DNA of 64,000 bases. Origin: Picochlorum sp. SENEW3. Lineage: Eukaryota. Location: the NCBI GenBank assembly GCA_034226945.1, contig CP120458.1:868001-932000 (forward strand), in the 5' to 3' direction. Under the pieces are notes generated by a model. The model was not told the DNA's origin, made no database searches, and saw nothing but the letters and a program-made list of their open reading frames with translations. The position numbers were made by a program, and so were the translations under genes. Every line of letters begins with the position of its first letter. The first letter of the stretch is position 1. Of the stretch, positions 10,652 to 22,930 are shown one piece after another.

Positions 10652-12357
10652 TCAAATACCTTCTGGAGGCAATAAATCATATGCACGAGCCAGAGCTGCA
10701 GATCCCTTTCTAGCTGGATGCCCGTCTGGCACTTTGACAGCAGTCACGGGGAATGCAAAATCAAACAGATTTTTCTGTTGCTCAGTACGCCCCGTACATA
10801 TCTTATCTATCTTGTGCATTTCGCTCAAGGAGCACGTGCAATTGAATCCACATATAAAGTACTTGATATCATACTCTAAAAATCCCCATTGGAACCAACC
10901 CTTGTCCAATGCCCGCCATTCGGAACCACCAAACATCATATTTCGCCCTTGTTCCTCACTCATCGGTGTCGTCACAATATCAATAGGCCATACTCTATAC
11001 TCTGGATCACCTGTGGCGGGCAACTTTTCCACAGTCTTGTGATGAAACACCATGTGTCCCTTTGGGTGGAGTTGGACATTCCCTAAAGTTCGATATCTCG
11101 GCTTATTATCCGGGACACCGTGTTTTGCAAAATCTACCATTCCAAACAATGGCCCAATAGGTACTTGATAATAATCACGAATCTTTCCAGCAAGAGCAAA
11201 TGCCACCCTGAACGTATCCTTATCACCCAACGTCCCAGGCACATGATAGGTAATATTATGATGCATATTCAACAACAACAATATCTCCAGAACATCCCAA
11301 TGTCTCTCCCTATTAAATAATAACTGACCCGCCTCCGCCTGATTCGCTACTACCCCCTCTGAATTCAAACCATCAACATCCCACTCGCCATCCTCCTCAT
11401 CATAATACTTGCCCACACGCTCTCTCCACTCCTCAATATCCCCATCCTTGTACCACGGACTATCCTTGGCAATATCGAAAAACTCATACAACTCTGTCTT
11501 CCCCTTCCACACATCCGGCCAAAACACACTCCCATGATCAACATACTGAGGCAACCGAAACAACTTGTATGGATCGTCAAGAGGAAACGAATCCACATCC
11601 ACAAACACAATCTCCTTAAAAGGCGCCGCCCTCAACGCCAATATCTTCACCATGTACCCATCCTCACGACTCCGTGGCCCAGGATGCCCATCAAACACCT
11701 CGAGATGATACTCCGGATATGGAAACTGAGACATGTCTATAAACTGAACCTTGTTAATATGCTGCTTGATAAACATCTCGCTCTCTTCACTCACTTCCCC
11801 ATAATGACACAAAGCTATAGGTAAAATCGACTCTGTCACATTTCGAAGCACAAACATGGACGCAAATGCATTCGTCAACTGCTCCTGAGTCCCAGCAGAC
11901 ATGACCACCCCACGAGGAGCCAACTGAGACAACTCCTCCTCCCACAATGTCCTCAATCTCTCACTATTCTTGATCATTCTTAATAAAAGATTCTTTCTTT
12001 TCATCAAAAGCTTGGTACTCGTGTCCGAATCCTCAGATCGCTCCCACCGCATGTCCTCCAACTGGTGCCACTCCGTATCATTCGGGCTCGATCGGAATTC
12101 AACCGGCTCATAGACATATTTTCGAGGTTCTTTATACAATGACTGAACATGTAACGTGTTGCTTGTAACAAGTGACCAGTCTGCAAGGTGATACAAATAT
12201 ATATACAAATACAAATAAGAACAACATTCCTCGCAGCAATACCAGACAGATACGTACAAATGATGCAAATAAGAAGTAAAACAGAGCTAATCTTCACACC
12301 AGATCGAATGCATGCGATCGATCCATCCTCTCGTCGTCGTTTCATGCTGACGTCCAT
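10652..12357 (-). CDS. GT71 (MNN2-like) alpha-mannosyltransferase, type II membrane
   Basis: KILALRAAPFKEIVFVDVD, GSVFWPDVW, EAGQLL, GDKDTFRVAF; N-terminal TM segment in a 5' exon; start approximate. Confidence 0.8.
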
Positions 12358-12553
12358 GTCACTACTGACGCACAACAAGGATGTATGCTTCAAATCTGGG
12401 ATATCATTGCTGATAAAATGAAATAAAGTTACACATATATATATATACTGTAGTATTCGTTCATCCAACCTGCTATGACCGATTCATGACCATGGTCATG
12501 AATCGACCCTCAACAACGTTAACGTTCCTCCTCTATAGCTATAGAGAGACAGA

Positions 12554-13615
12554 TCATGATGACGCATCGGTATACCACGCGTTCTCTGGTCGAGTCAAGA
12601 GTCGTGCTGGGCGAATGAACACATCATCATCATCATTCTTCATCTGATCTTGAAGCAAACATGGTGGAATATCGTCGCTACCAATCCCAACAATAGTACT
12701 GCCACTGCCAGTCATGAAGACGGCATCAAAGGTGCCCTCTCGGATCAAGTCTTCTTTCAGCTGCTTCAACTCAGGAAGACAGTCGAACGCGGGTTGCTCC
12801 AAATCATTCACCACATATTGTGGCAGTACCTTTGAATCATTGCACAGTCCTCGGAGGATATCCTTTGGATCCTCTGTGCTCCGCCTGTCCAGGTCGAGGG
12901 CTTTGAATATGGTTGGGGTGGAGAGACCAATGGGGGGTTTGACCAAGAGCAAGGGCGTCTCTAGATCAATCGGTGGATCGATGTTCTCTACGATTTCACC
13001 CCGCCCAGTACAGTACGCTGCTCCTTGGCTGAAAAAGACTGAAATATCCGATCCGATATCCCCGGACCATTCCAAGAGCTGTGCTGTGGATGCTGGGGTC
13101 CCACACAGCTGGTTGGCAGCCCACAGCATGGTGGCAGCGTTGCCGCTGCCACCTCCCATTCCTGCGCCGTGGGGTACATTCTTCTCTAAATGAACTTTAA
13201 AGAATACAGATGCCAAGCCAGTCTTGTCACGGAACAGATTGGCAGCCTTGATGACGAGATTCGAATCATCCAGTGGCACATCATCCCAGTTGCAGGTGAG
13301 TTGATCCTGTGTCGCTCCTTCTGGAAGAATCGATACATCCATATAGTCTCCTAGATTGATCACATGGAACAATGAAGCTAGATCATGGAATCCATCCTCT
13401 CGTCTCCTCATGATTCTCAGGAATATATTGATTTTCGCTGGTGAGAAGAGACGAGTGCTCTGGTCTTTCACCCCTCCGCTACCGAGTGCTTGTACTCTAT
13501 GATGCACTGCCGTATGTCTATATTGTCTCCTAGTACATGCAAAGAATGCCCTGCATTGCTGCGATCGACTGTCCCTCCATGCGCTCGGTGTCCCTCGAAG
13601 AACAGAGACGGACAT
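12554..13615 (-). CDS. ispE: 4-diphosphocytidyl-2-C-methyl-D-erythritol kinase (MEP pathway)
   Basis: SPAKINIFL, GFHDLASLF, PHGAGMGGGSGNAA, IGSDI, MTGSGST; plastid transit peptide. Confidence 0.96.
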   Translation of the reverse strand: MSVSVLRGTPSAWRDSRSQQCRAFFACTRRQYRHTAVHHRVQALGSGGVKDQSTRLFSPAKINIFLRIMRRREDGFHDLASLFHVINLGDYMDVSILPEGATQDQLTCNWDDVPLDDSNLVIKAANLFRDKTGLASVFFKVHLEKNVPHGAGMGGGSGNAATMLWAANQLCGTPASTAQLLEWSGDIGSDISVFFSQGAAYCTGRGEIVENIDPPIDLETPLLLVKPPIGLSTPTIFKALDLDRRSTEDPKDILRGLCNDSKVLPQYVVNDLEQPAFDCLPELKQLKEDLIREGTFDAVFMTGSGSTIVGIGSDDIPPCLLQDQMKNDDDDVFIRPARLLTRPENAWYTDASS

Positions 13616-13688
13616 TCTTCTTTGATATTATCAACAGATATGCTCTATTCCTTATATATGTATCTTACATTCAATGTATTCGTTTTTC

Positions 13689-14438
13689 TTATGCATCGTT
13701 GAAGGCATCGAATGGGATGAATAGCGCATCAGATGTCGATGGGACATCCAAATCAAGAGATTGGTCATACCCAATTCCATCAAGACAATCCAATGGTAGG
13801 TTTTCTGTGGATGAGGATGGTCTTTGGAGGCTGTCAAGAATGATTGGTGATGGAGCATCCAAGAAGAGTGCATGGCACGGTGGTGGTGGTGGTGGAAGGT
13901 GGAGGTGTGTTTTTTGTGTCCTGGGAGCAGCAGTTGCAGCAGGAGAGTTGGTTGTGGAGTGAAATGTCTGCATGACATGTATCAATATCGCATACTATAT
14001 GATTGATAGATATACATAGGTATACTTGATGTGTGTGTATGCATACCTGCAGACTGGTTCTCATCGTTTCTCTTGCCATGTTGATCTCCTCCATTGTCAT
14101 GCTCTGGGCCATGGTTTGTGTCATGCGTGTCATATCGTCGCGATTCCTGCACCGTCATTGGAAAAGATATATATCATATTACTGATGATGTGATATATGT
14201 GAATAGAATACTACTGATATATACCGTACATGGATCGTTGCAAGCCGTGGCCATGGATGAGGTTGCGAAAGTCCTTGACATGAAAATAGGTCAGTGTCTG
14301 TTCCCGGCCCATCATCGACTGCGTTTCCTCTGACGCTGACGGAACTCCCACCGTATTATCAGTATATTTCTCTGTGGCATCCTCTACTAGAAACTCATGG
14401 TTCAAGAGGATATCTGCAAAGATGTGGTCTGCGTCCAT
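13689..14438 (-). CDS. Hypothetical low-complexity multi-exon protein
   Basis: Short coding-like segments separated by AT-rich intron-like gaps; exon structure uncertain. Confidence 0.3.
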
Positions 14439-14980
14439 TTGATCATGGGCAGATCAGAGTGTGTAGTCAACGCAGTTATCGTTTCTCTTCTCTTCTTCTT
14501 TCGTTTTTTTCTTTTTTTCTCTCTCTGTATATTTTTTGTTTCTATAATATTGTTGTGCAACAAGAAGGAATCTTTTATGGCACATGTATGATGGAACGTG
14601 TGTCCATGGCGATTTGGGTCGGTGTTTGACCACATGATCATGAGCGGGTTGACCACATGAGTCCATGATATCGATATCTAAAAAACTTAATTACAGAGAG
14701 ACAGGTGACTCCTGTGCATGTCTCTCTGTATACCTGCTATTCTTTAGGGATACATAAATCAAAAGCACCAGCAAATACCATTGTAGCAGTAGTAATAATA
14801 CAAAAAAACATCACAGCTTGTTCGTACAGCAACATTGGCAAGGTAGGTCACGTCTCGTGTCGGAGATCTCGTCGAAACATTGGACTCCATAAACCCTTCA
14901 CCTCTTTACAGTATACCCGTGATTCTCATGTCATATATCACACATTATACATATTTTGTAGGATTGGAACGGAAACCAGG

Positions 14981-15493
14981 ATGAATTCAGCCCTCAATGC
15001 CCAACGCCGTGTGCCGACCGTGTCGGCACGTCCCCAGCGTGCAGCTGTCAAGGTGACAGCCATGAAACAGCCTTCCACGCAGCGTGTCAAGGGGGCATTT
15101 GCGAAAGAGCATCAAAGTCCCATTGATTCCGTGGTGATGTACATCAGTGAGGCATTCAGCCAAATCTTCCGTACCACCGAGTCCCAGGTGCCTTGGTCCG
15201 GGACATCCTTCAGCGGTCGCATCCTTCATCACGAGAATGCTGGTATCAGAAATCGAAGCATGAATCCGTACCAAAAGAAGAATGTGGTGGCACAGGCTAT
15301 CCCTGTTCAGGTGGATGAGCAGGCCAATGGAGGTGCCACAAATTTTGTGGTGGATTCAATTGGAAGAATCATGGGGGGCCGCGTGGATGAGAGCTCCGGC
15401 GAGCCTAAAAAGTTTTACTCTACCGGATACACTGGAAAGAAATACGGGTCCAGACGAGTCAAGAGGGAAGTGGACCGTGTTTGGAGATATTGA
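14981..15493 (+). CDS. Plastid-targeted hypothetical protein with a duplicated short module
   Basis: Transit-peptide-like start MNSALNAQRRVPTVSARPQRAAVKVTAM; two related segments YISEAFSQIF..SFSG and FVVDSIGRIM..GYTG. Confidence 0.65.
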   Translation: MNSALNAQRRVPTVSARPQRAAVKVTAMKQPSTQRVKGAFAKEHQSPIDSVVMYISEAFSQIFRTTESQVPWSGTSFSGRILHHENAGIRNRSMNPYQKKNVVAQAIPVQVDEQANGGATNFVVDSIGRIMGGRVDESSGEPKKFYSTGYTGKKYGSRRVKREVDRVWRY

Positions 15494-15535
15494 TTGAACT
15501 TTTGTACATTTCCATGTTTGGATAGATTCGTATTG

Positions 15536-16021
15536 TTATTGTTCAATTTTTGAGTCATCTGGCCTGAGCTTTTCCTTTAGAAACTCTTCAATCTGTTCCT
15601 TCTTCCAGTTCATAATGTGCATTTTTTCTGGGGTGCCTTGAGAGGCATCATCCCTCAACAAGAGTGCTGGCACGCTGCTCGGTTTCTTCACGACTTTCAG
15701 CCCCTTGAAATCTGATGCCTTTTCTTTGATGAAATCTAGTATATCTGGGTGATTATGTGCGACTATTGGGCAATATTCCAGCACAGCAGAAGTATAAAAG
15801 CCCCTGTTGTCCTTGTCATCAGGTGAGCAACATTCAAAGCATTCCTGAATCAATTGCGTATTATCGCTCACAAAAGTCTCTAATTCTCTACAATCGCTGC
15901 ATGCTAATCGTAATTCGTCGAATCCTTTGTCTGCACAGCTGCTACCGGCGGTATCTGAACGAATCAACCCACACAGCAGCAACGGGAGGAGGAGGAATGG
16001 GGCCACAGAGTGCATTCCCAT
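15536..16021 (-). CDS. Sep15/SELENOF-like protein without selenocysteine
   Basis: Signal peptide, GF...LACSDC...ECFECC domain, AVLEYC, C-terminal NWKKEQIEEFLKEKL. Confidence 0.85.
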   Translation of the reverse strand: MGMHSVAPFLLLPLLLCGLIRSDTAGSSCADKGFDELRLACSDCRELETFVSDNTQLIQECFECCSPDDKDNRGFYTSAVLEYCPIVAHNHPDILDFIKEKASDFKGLKVVKKPSSVPALLLRDDASQGTPEKMHIMNWKKEQIEEFLKEKLRPDDSKIEQ

Positions 16022-16211
16022 GCCTTTGTGTATCTATTTAATTATTGTTTTCTGTAATACGGATAGGTGCTGTCGATCCATCGTGATGAATGATTGATTC
16101 AGAGTTTTTATTTATATGTATCTATTTAAGGATTCTTCACCCTGATCCTGTGAATGCACATGACGGTTTGGATCAAGCACACAACAGCTATCGCGATTTG
16201 GTATTGACAAA

Positions 16212-17156
16212 ATGGTACCATTATGGTCTTCATCCATGTGTAGAAACGGGAGGCTGAGCCCAGTCTTGTGCCATGCATCCTCCTCAGCTTCTTCTTCTTC
16301 TTCATGTGTGTCTTCGATTCGACGGGTTGATGCGTATTACAATAACAAAAAAATAGTGGATGGCAGAGCTGGTCCGGTGGATATTGTAAAGGAGGCTGTA
16401 GTATGTCTTCGTTCCTCGGATATCCAGGGTATGGAGTCTCTGATACTCTCTGAGGATGCTTCTGATTCCTCTCTTTGTAGAAGATCTGATCGTATACGTA
16501 TTGGTGAGGATGGAGGGGTGCTTGTATCACTCAAGACTGTGTTTGATGTGGGTTCTCGCCGGCTTTTGCCCTTCAACTTGTTGAGAAGGAGCCAGGTGTT
16601 GAGTGTGCTATCATTGGATAGAGATACGTGTCAGGTTCGGACAAAGATATCCTCCAAATATGGCGAAGAAGGGATTCTCGTGTGGAATGTGGAGCGTTAT
16701 GGAAACACATGGCGGATTGTGCACGTGTCACGAGAGGACACTGGTGAATGCCTTCCAACAACACTGCATCCTGTTCATAGCCCAGAGTCTGTGATACGAG
16801 CGTATTTAGATTGGATGAAGAAGAAAGATTATGTACAGGCGCATCAATTGTGCGAAGGAATTCCTTTTGCCTCCATGATGATGGGGCCAGTCCAGTCACC
16901 TGGTGTTGCATTGTCATTTCTTGAGCCAGAGCAGAGGGCTTTGCTCGACTCGTTTTTTGATGAATATGAATCGTATAGGTGTATTGTTGATCAGAAAGAG
17001 TATGTATTTGGGGACGCTGTGTTGATAGATGAGCAGTGCATGATGCAAGAGGTGGTTGTACGAGACAGAGAGGGAGCATGGTGGCATGCTGCTTTTGAAT
17101 TATCTATAAAACAGCATCATGGGTGTTGGTCAATAGATGATATACGTATGCATTGA
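16212..17156 (+). CDS. Hypothetical protein, probably organelle-targeted
   Basis: 314-aa ORF with Ser-rich N-terminus. Confidence 0.6.
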   Translation: MVPLWSSSMCRNGRLSPVLCHASSSASSSSSCVSSIRRVDAYYNNKKIVDGRAGPVDIVKEAVVCLRSSDIQGMESLILSEDASDSSLCRRSDRIRIGEDGGVLVSLKTVFDVGSRRLLPFNLLRRSQVLSVLSLDRDTCQVRTKISSKYGEEGILVWNVERYGNTWRIVHVSREDTGECLPTTLHPVHSPESVIRAYLDWMKKKDYVQAHQLCEGIPFASMMMGPVQSPGVALSFLEPEQRALLDSFFDEYESYRCIVDQKEYVFGDAVLIDEQCMMQEVVVRDREGAWWHAAFELSIKQHHGCWSIDDIRMH

Positions 17157-17185
17157 TCAGAATTACACGAATGAATATAAAGTTT

Positions 17186-18792
17186 TTATACGAGACCGGT
17201 TCCAAGGTCCATTTTTCCCATCGAGTTGGACAGCCCATCTGCTGAACGGAGAGGTTCAATCTGCAATAAATATGACATTAGTAGTTTTCTTATGTATGAG
17301 TATATATATGAATAGAACACGTACAAAATCTGCTTGTTCACATGCTGCATATTCGCTTGAGACTGCCCCAACAACTTCACGGGCATCCTCAAATTCCTCT
17401 GGATCAAACACTTCATTTCCCTTGTCATCTATTCTGTGGAACAGTGGATATCCCTGGTAATTGTGCACAAGTGCTTTCTTCTTGTACATCTTGTCAAACT
17501 GAGATAATGTGCGATTGAACAAGTGTCTAATGGATGTGTGGTTGGCGAGCATGAGTCCAGACACACGGTGAGATGACTTGACATATGGAGAGGAGCGCGA
17601 TAATGCAACCTGAATGGACGCTGGGCCCCATTCAATGAAGGACGCAAGTTTTCTCTCTCGAATTCTCATCAAACTTTGATGAAGCTGACTTGGATCCACA
17701 TCACCCTGAATAATGTTCAAAATAGAAATGTATCGGGACCGCTCCTGGTCCTTCTCACGCGCATGAGGAGACACCATGAGATTCTTTGGTTGAAGGAGGC
17801 GACGCATCACATCCAAAACGGTTGTCTTTCTCACTATAGAAGTATGTGATGATTCAGCAGCATCCAACGTCAACGGCGTGTATCCTGCCATCAAGAAATG
17901 GCATTGTGGTACTGGAATCAGAGACGCCAACAGGCCCATCAAGTCATTATTCATATACCCAGGATATCGCAACGTCGCCGTCGATGCCGCCATAACTGTT
18001 GCTACAAGCGTATTCGTCTGATCTATTTTCAAATTGTCAATACGAAGCTGCTCCGTGGCGATGCGATTCAACGCAGTATTGTCCAACACCACAACAGCAT
18101 CCGCATTCAGTGTCAACCTTTTCAATGCCAGGACAGAATTGTATGGATGCACCACCACATCTGACTCCGACTGATTCGGAAACACAGAATACGTCTGAAT
18201 CAACTTCTTAGGATACCGATCGTTCAACGCCTCTAGAATAAAAGATCCCATTCCAGAGCCTGTCCCTCCAGCAATAGAATGTGCCAACGTAAACCCTTCC
18301 AAACTATCAGAATACCCAGCCTCTCTATCAATCATATCCAGAATATCCTCCAAAACACTTTCACCTTGGTGATACCCACTCCCCCAGTTATTACCAGCCC
18401 CTCCACCATCCTTGGACACAAAGATGTTTTCTGGATTGAACAAACTCTTAATCTCTGAGTTCTGAATCTGATTGATCACTCGAGGCTCCAGATCGAACAA
18501 ACACGCACGAGGTATATATCTCTCATCATCAGCCTGATAGAAAAACACATCTTTTCTGTCATTGATGGACGTACTAGCAAAATCTTGGAGAATGCCATCA
18601 TTGTTGATCCCGTGCTCAGTGCATAGCTTTTTCCAAAACTCTGATCCAATCTGCGAAATTATGTAACATAAAGATTCATATTCTGTTGATGACACAGATG
18701 CTGCCCTTTCGTCTCAAACAAATGTCGTTTAAACAAATACCAACCTGATTTCCGCACTGTCCGACCTGAAGCGTGATAATCTCCCTTGGCAT
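17186..18792 (-). CDS. TUBG: Gamma-tubulin
   Basis: Exon 1 [16 protein letters not shown] (ATG 18792); [39 protein letters not shown]; a probable last intron leads to a stop at 17186. Confidence 0.97.
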
Positions 18793-19109
18793 GTTCCTTT
18801 ATTTACTTGTCATGTATATGTAGACGCTTAATCTGGTTTATGGACCAGATCTTTGGTAGGGGGTTGCGCGTGACAAGAAAAGCGACGGTTCACGACGGAT
18901 AGACAGAAATACGTTTCTATTCGATTCCAGACGTTGATGGAACTGTGTTGTAAACCACAAATGTTGTATCTTACACTGATCCGAGTCAGAGGATGATGCT
19001 TCTTGTTTTTTTTCTTCTTCAGCAACCGCATAAAACGCATAGTTTAATCTTGTTAAACCGTCAAGGCGCAGCGTTGATGGGTCTCAGAGTCTGATCATTC
19101 ATGCTCATG

Positions 19110-20706
19110 CTAGGAGGCTTGTGCCTGACTGACGAGCCTTTCTCGCACCCGCTTTTGCTTTTCCTCCATCTCGGTCGATAATGTATGTGCAGCTCGAGGC
19201 ATGCTATCCCATTCCGCCGCTACTCTCTGCTTTACGCTGTCAAAATCAGGCCATATATGCTGTATTGGTTTCCTGTCATAGACCACATGAAGCAAGTTGT
19301 CCTGTGGGTTGACAGAAGATGCTGGGAAGACGGTGGGGACACCATCGACGAGAGTAACAGCTACTTCTCCTGGGAGACTAGTCTTTGATGTATCGCTGAC
19401 GGGGAACTTCATCACATCCACAGAGTTTCCATCTGCATAGGTGATGTGACAGAGCTTGACAGCCATACTCAATGTATCTCTGTTGACCCTTTGCAACAGG
19501 CCTCCACCCATACCAAATGCAATATTTTGGGCGCTGTATCCCTCTGCAAGCGCATAGCGTAGGATGTCTGCAATGACTTGAGTGCTGACACCATCTCCTT
19601 GGATGACACCGACGCCTTGTGTCACTTTGTATCCCTTGTTATTCAGGGTGACACCAAAAGTTTTTTCAGCAGCTTTCAGAGCAGCTAGAACAGAGTCTTT
19701 TGGATCTCCAGAATCAGGTCGTAACACCCAGTATCCACCAGATTCAATCATTTGGGCAGAAACTGCTGGGACAACAGTGTCGAGTGCTTTTTGATAGTTA
19801 TATGAATCCATGACGGTTGCAAAGAGACCAGTGCCAAACTTTTGAATCATATTTTCAATCGCCTCTCGCTCCGTCGGCCATGCCGTCATCACGCTGTGCT
19901 CTGTGGCTGGTATGCTCATGCCCACTGGTTTTCCTGAATTCAGTGCAAACTGGGCATAGTATGCAGCTGACAGTGTATCCGTTCCGTCAAAATTTAATAA
20001 ATGTGATACACCACCAAGAACACTTTGCTCCATGCACGTGCATCCACGGAAACCAAAGTCGTGCAGTCTGGATGCAAGAAGAGGAGAGTCTCTTCCCTCG
20101 TCAACCGACACCTCAAAAGCATCCGCAATGATATCCTTTGCTCGACGAGATAATGTCGCAACTGTGACTGGATACCATGTTTGTACCAGAAGAGTCTCTA
20201 AAAACGTACAAAGAGGCGCATACTCGCCCTCTGCCGTGATCTGAAACACTGGAACATGGGGTGCAATGACCATGCCCTCTGGCAATGCTTGCACCTTGAC
20301 AGGCATATATCCATCATTTTCCTCGATAAATTTCAAGAAGAGATCCCTTGGATACGGGAATGACGAATGCATGGGAGCCATATGGCCCGAATAAAACACG
20401 TCAGCCTTGTCCACATCCTCTCTGGTCCATTTCCGTTCCACATAGTGCTCTATAATATATCGAATGCCATACCATATCATTCTCGTGTCCTTTTCATCCC
20501 CATCGACTCCTTGTCTAAATTCTCCATACTGCGCACGAGGTGGGAACACGCATGAGTATCACATCATATCAGAACACGAGTTGAGAGGACAAGAGTCAAG
20601 ACACACGTACAGCAACCATTTTGGTGGCATCTGGATACTGAACAAAGTGAGATGCTTTATAGGAATCGGTCAGAACCGATATTGGGATATAATCATGCAC
20701 ATTCAT
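19110..20706 (-). CDS. NAMPT: Nicotinamide phosphoribosyltransferase
   Basis: Exon 1 ..LTDSYKASHFVQYP; LHDFGFRG, SIPATEHS, RPDSGDP, GMGGGLLQRVNRDT. Confidence 0.9.
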
Positions 20707-21089
20707 AGTGTTGGAACAGGTTGCCCAGGTTACTAGAATGACGCATAGAGGGAGAACAACTTGGTACAGGTATTATTCTCTGGTTGACTGCTGCCCTGCC
20801 CAGAATTCAACCTCCAATCACACGACGCGAGATGTTCTTGTTCAACGTTCAATCTCAATCGACCAACCCAAGGGACAAGAATATAGTGACTGTATGCACC
20901 AATAATCAAAATATAAGAAAGCAAGGGTATGACAGCAGGAAGATGACGCTACGCCAGTGTGCCACCGGCCCTGGTGTCAAAACTATCGAATTATGGAGAA
21001 ATTTAATATCGACACTGACCATCGATCTGATACAACAATGTGGTACGCGTATAGCAATTTTATTACTCAATTGTAAATTCAATGGCCGA

Positions 21090-22236
21090 ATGATGTGTCG
21101 GTTTCGTGTTTTGGCAGCTGCAGGCCTTGTAGCACTAGTGGCACTGGGTTTTGGGGGTCGGTTTTTTAGTCAGAATACCCAGGTGATTCATGTCCATGGC
21201 GACATTCATGTCAGTGGATCTGATAGGAAACATGAATCAAAAGAGTGGAAGACATATCGCCCTCTGATTGGAATATTATCCCAAGGGGGGTCTCCAGCAC
21301 CAGAGGGGTCATCATATATTGCATCCTCATATGTGAAATTTGTCGAATCAGCGGGCGCTCGAGCTGTTCCAATTTTTCATGATATGAGTCATGCTGAGGT
21401 ATGTATGGTTTAGGACATGTATTCTCATGTGCTGATGGCTTGCTGAGTTTAGTTTTTTTTTTTAATGATGGTGTGTGCAGATGAAGCGTCGTTTCAAGGC
21501 AGTGAATGGGATTTTGATTCCAGGGGGAGGGCAGGATTTGTCCCCCGGTCACCCTTTTTATGATGCTGTGAAATATTTATTCGATTTGACCATTGAAGAA
21601 AATGATAAAGGTGTCTTGTTCCCTATGCATGGGACATGCCTTGGTTTTGAAGCTATCGCAATTGCTGCTACTGGCAATACGTCCATATTGGGTCGATTTG
21701 ACGCGGAGGATTACGCGCAGCCCTTATATCCAACAGAGCATGCAGAAGATAGTAGATTTTTCAAGGCTCTACCTCCACGAGTCGTGGCCAATTTGTATGC
21801 CAAGCCATATGCCATGCAAAACCATATGAATGGCATTGCTTTTAGCGCATTTGCTGAGAATCCTCGATTGGATGACTTTTTCCAAGTATTGACACTCAGC
21901 ATTGATAGGCAGAAGAAAGTGTATGTGTCTACGATGGAGGCCAAGGACTATCCAATTTCAGCAACACAGTGGCACCCAGAGAAGAATGCATTTGAATGGA
22001 CTCGAGATGAAGATATTCCACATCACCCTGATGCCATCGAAGTGACGCAGGAGGTTGCAAATAGTTTCGTTGATCTTGCTAGGATGAACTCGCATGCACC
22101 TCGATTCAGGGATGAGGAAGAGGAATTGCTGATATATAATTACAGCAAGGATATTGTGTACAGTGGCAAACACCTTCGACCTGGGGAGGAGGTGAACTTC
22201 GACCAAATCTACGTCTTTCCTGACGCTTCACCGTAA
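21090..22236 (+). CDS. GGH: Gamma-glutamyl hydrolase (peptidase C26)
   Basis: [23 protein letters not shown], intron ~21399-21480, [25 protein letters not shown]. Confidence 0.93.
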
Positions 22237-22256
22237 CTTACATGAATATGTATTCA

Positions 22257-22732
22257 TTATTCCTTTTTATTTCTCTTGTCTGGCTCTGTTCCCCGCAACA
22301 GTGTCTCCATGTCTATGCTTGATAGGATTTCTTGAATTTTCTGCTGCTCTACATATTTCAATTCCCTATCGGCTGCAGCTTGTGCGCTATCTAATTTATC
22401 CTCAGCATTCTTACGTAAATTTTCGGAATTCTCCTTCACCTCTTGCATCTGCGTCACAGTCTTTCGCAGAGCTTGAAGCACATGCTCCTCTGCTGCCTCC
22501 TGTTCTGCCTGTTGCAGTTCTTTCACTTTTCTAAGGATTTCTTGATTCTCCAGAATCCTCTTCTTCGCCAAAGCAATCTCTTTATTCCCAAAAGACTGAT
22601 ACGTTTGTATCAACTGCAGCCAAAGAGCAGTATAAGGCAAATACAGTCAGTATAAAGCATAGTGGTGAGGGAGAGTATTTCAAAACCACAACTGGCTCTG
22701 CGTACCTGTCTAATGGTCCTGAATAGCCCCAT
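22257..22732 (-). CDS. Small coiled-coil hypothetical protein (2 exons)
   Basis: Exon MGLFRTIRQ followed by GTACG donor, then a Glu/Gln/Lys-rich ORF. Confidence 0.55.
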
Positions 22733-22930
22733 GTGAGGTACGTATCGTTTAACAGTGAAAATATAGTGTCATTTTAAATGTAATATCGACATTCGTGGCC
22801 AAATGCAGTCATCAAGCTTCTGCTGGATGCCCTGCGTTTCCTTGAATAAATCAAAAAAGGAAACTCTCCTCCTTTTTGGAATGACAATTTGCACCCATGC
22901 ACACTGTTTGATACAAATATAAAAACAAGA

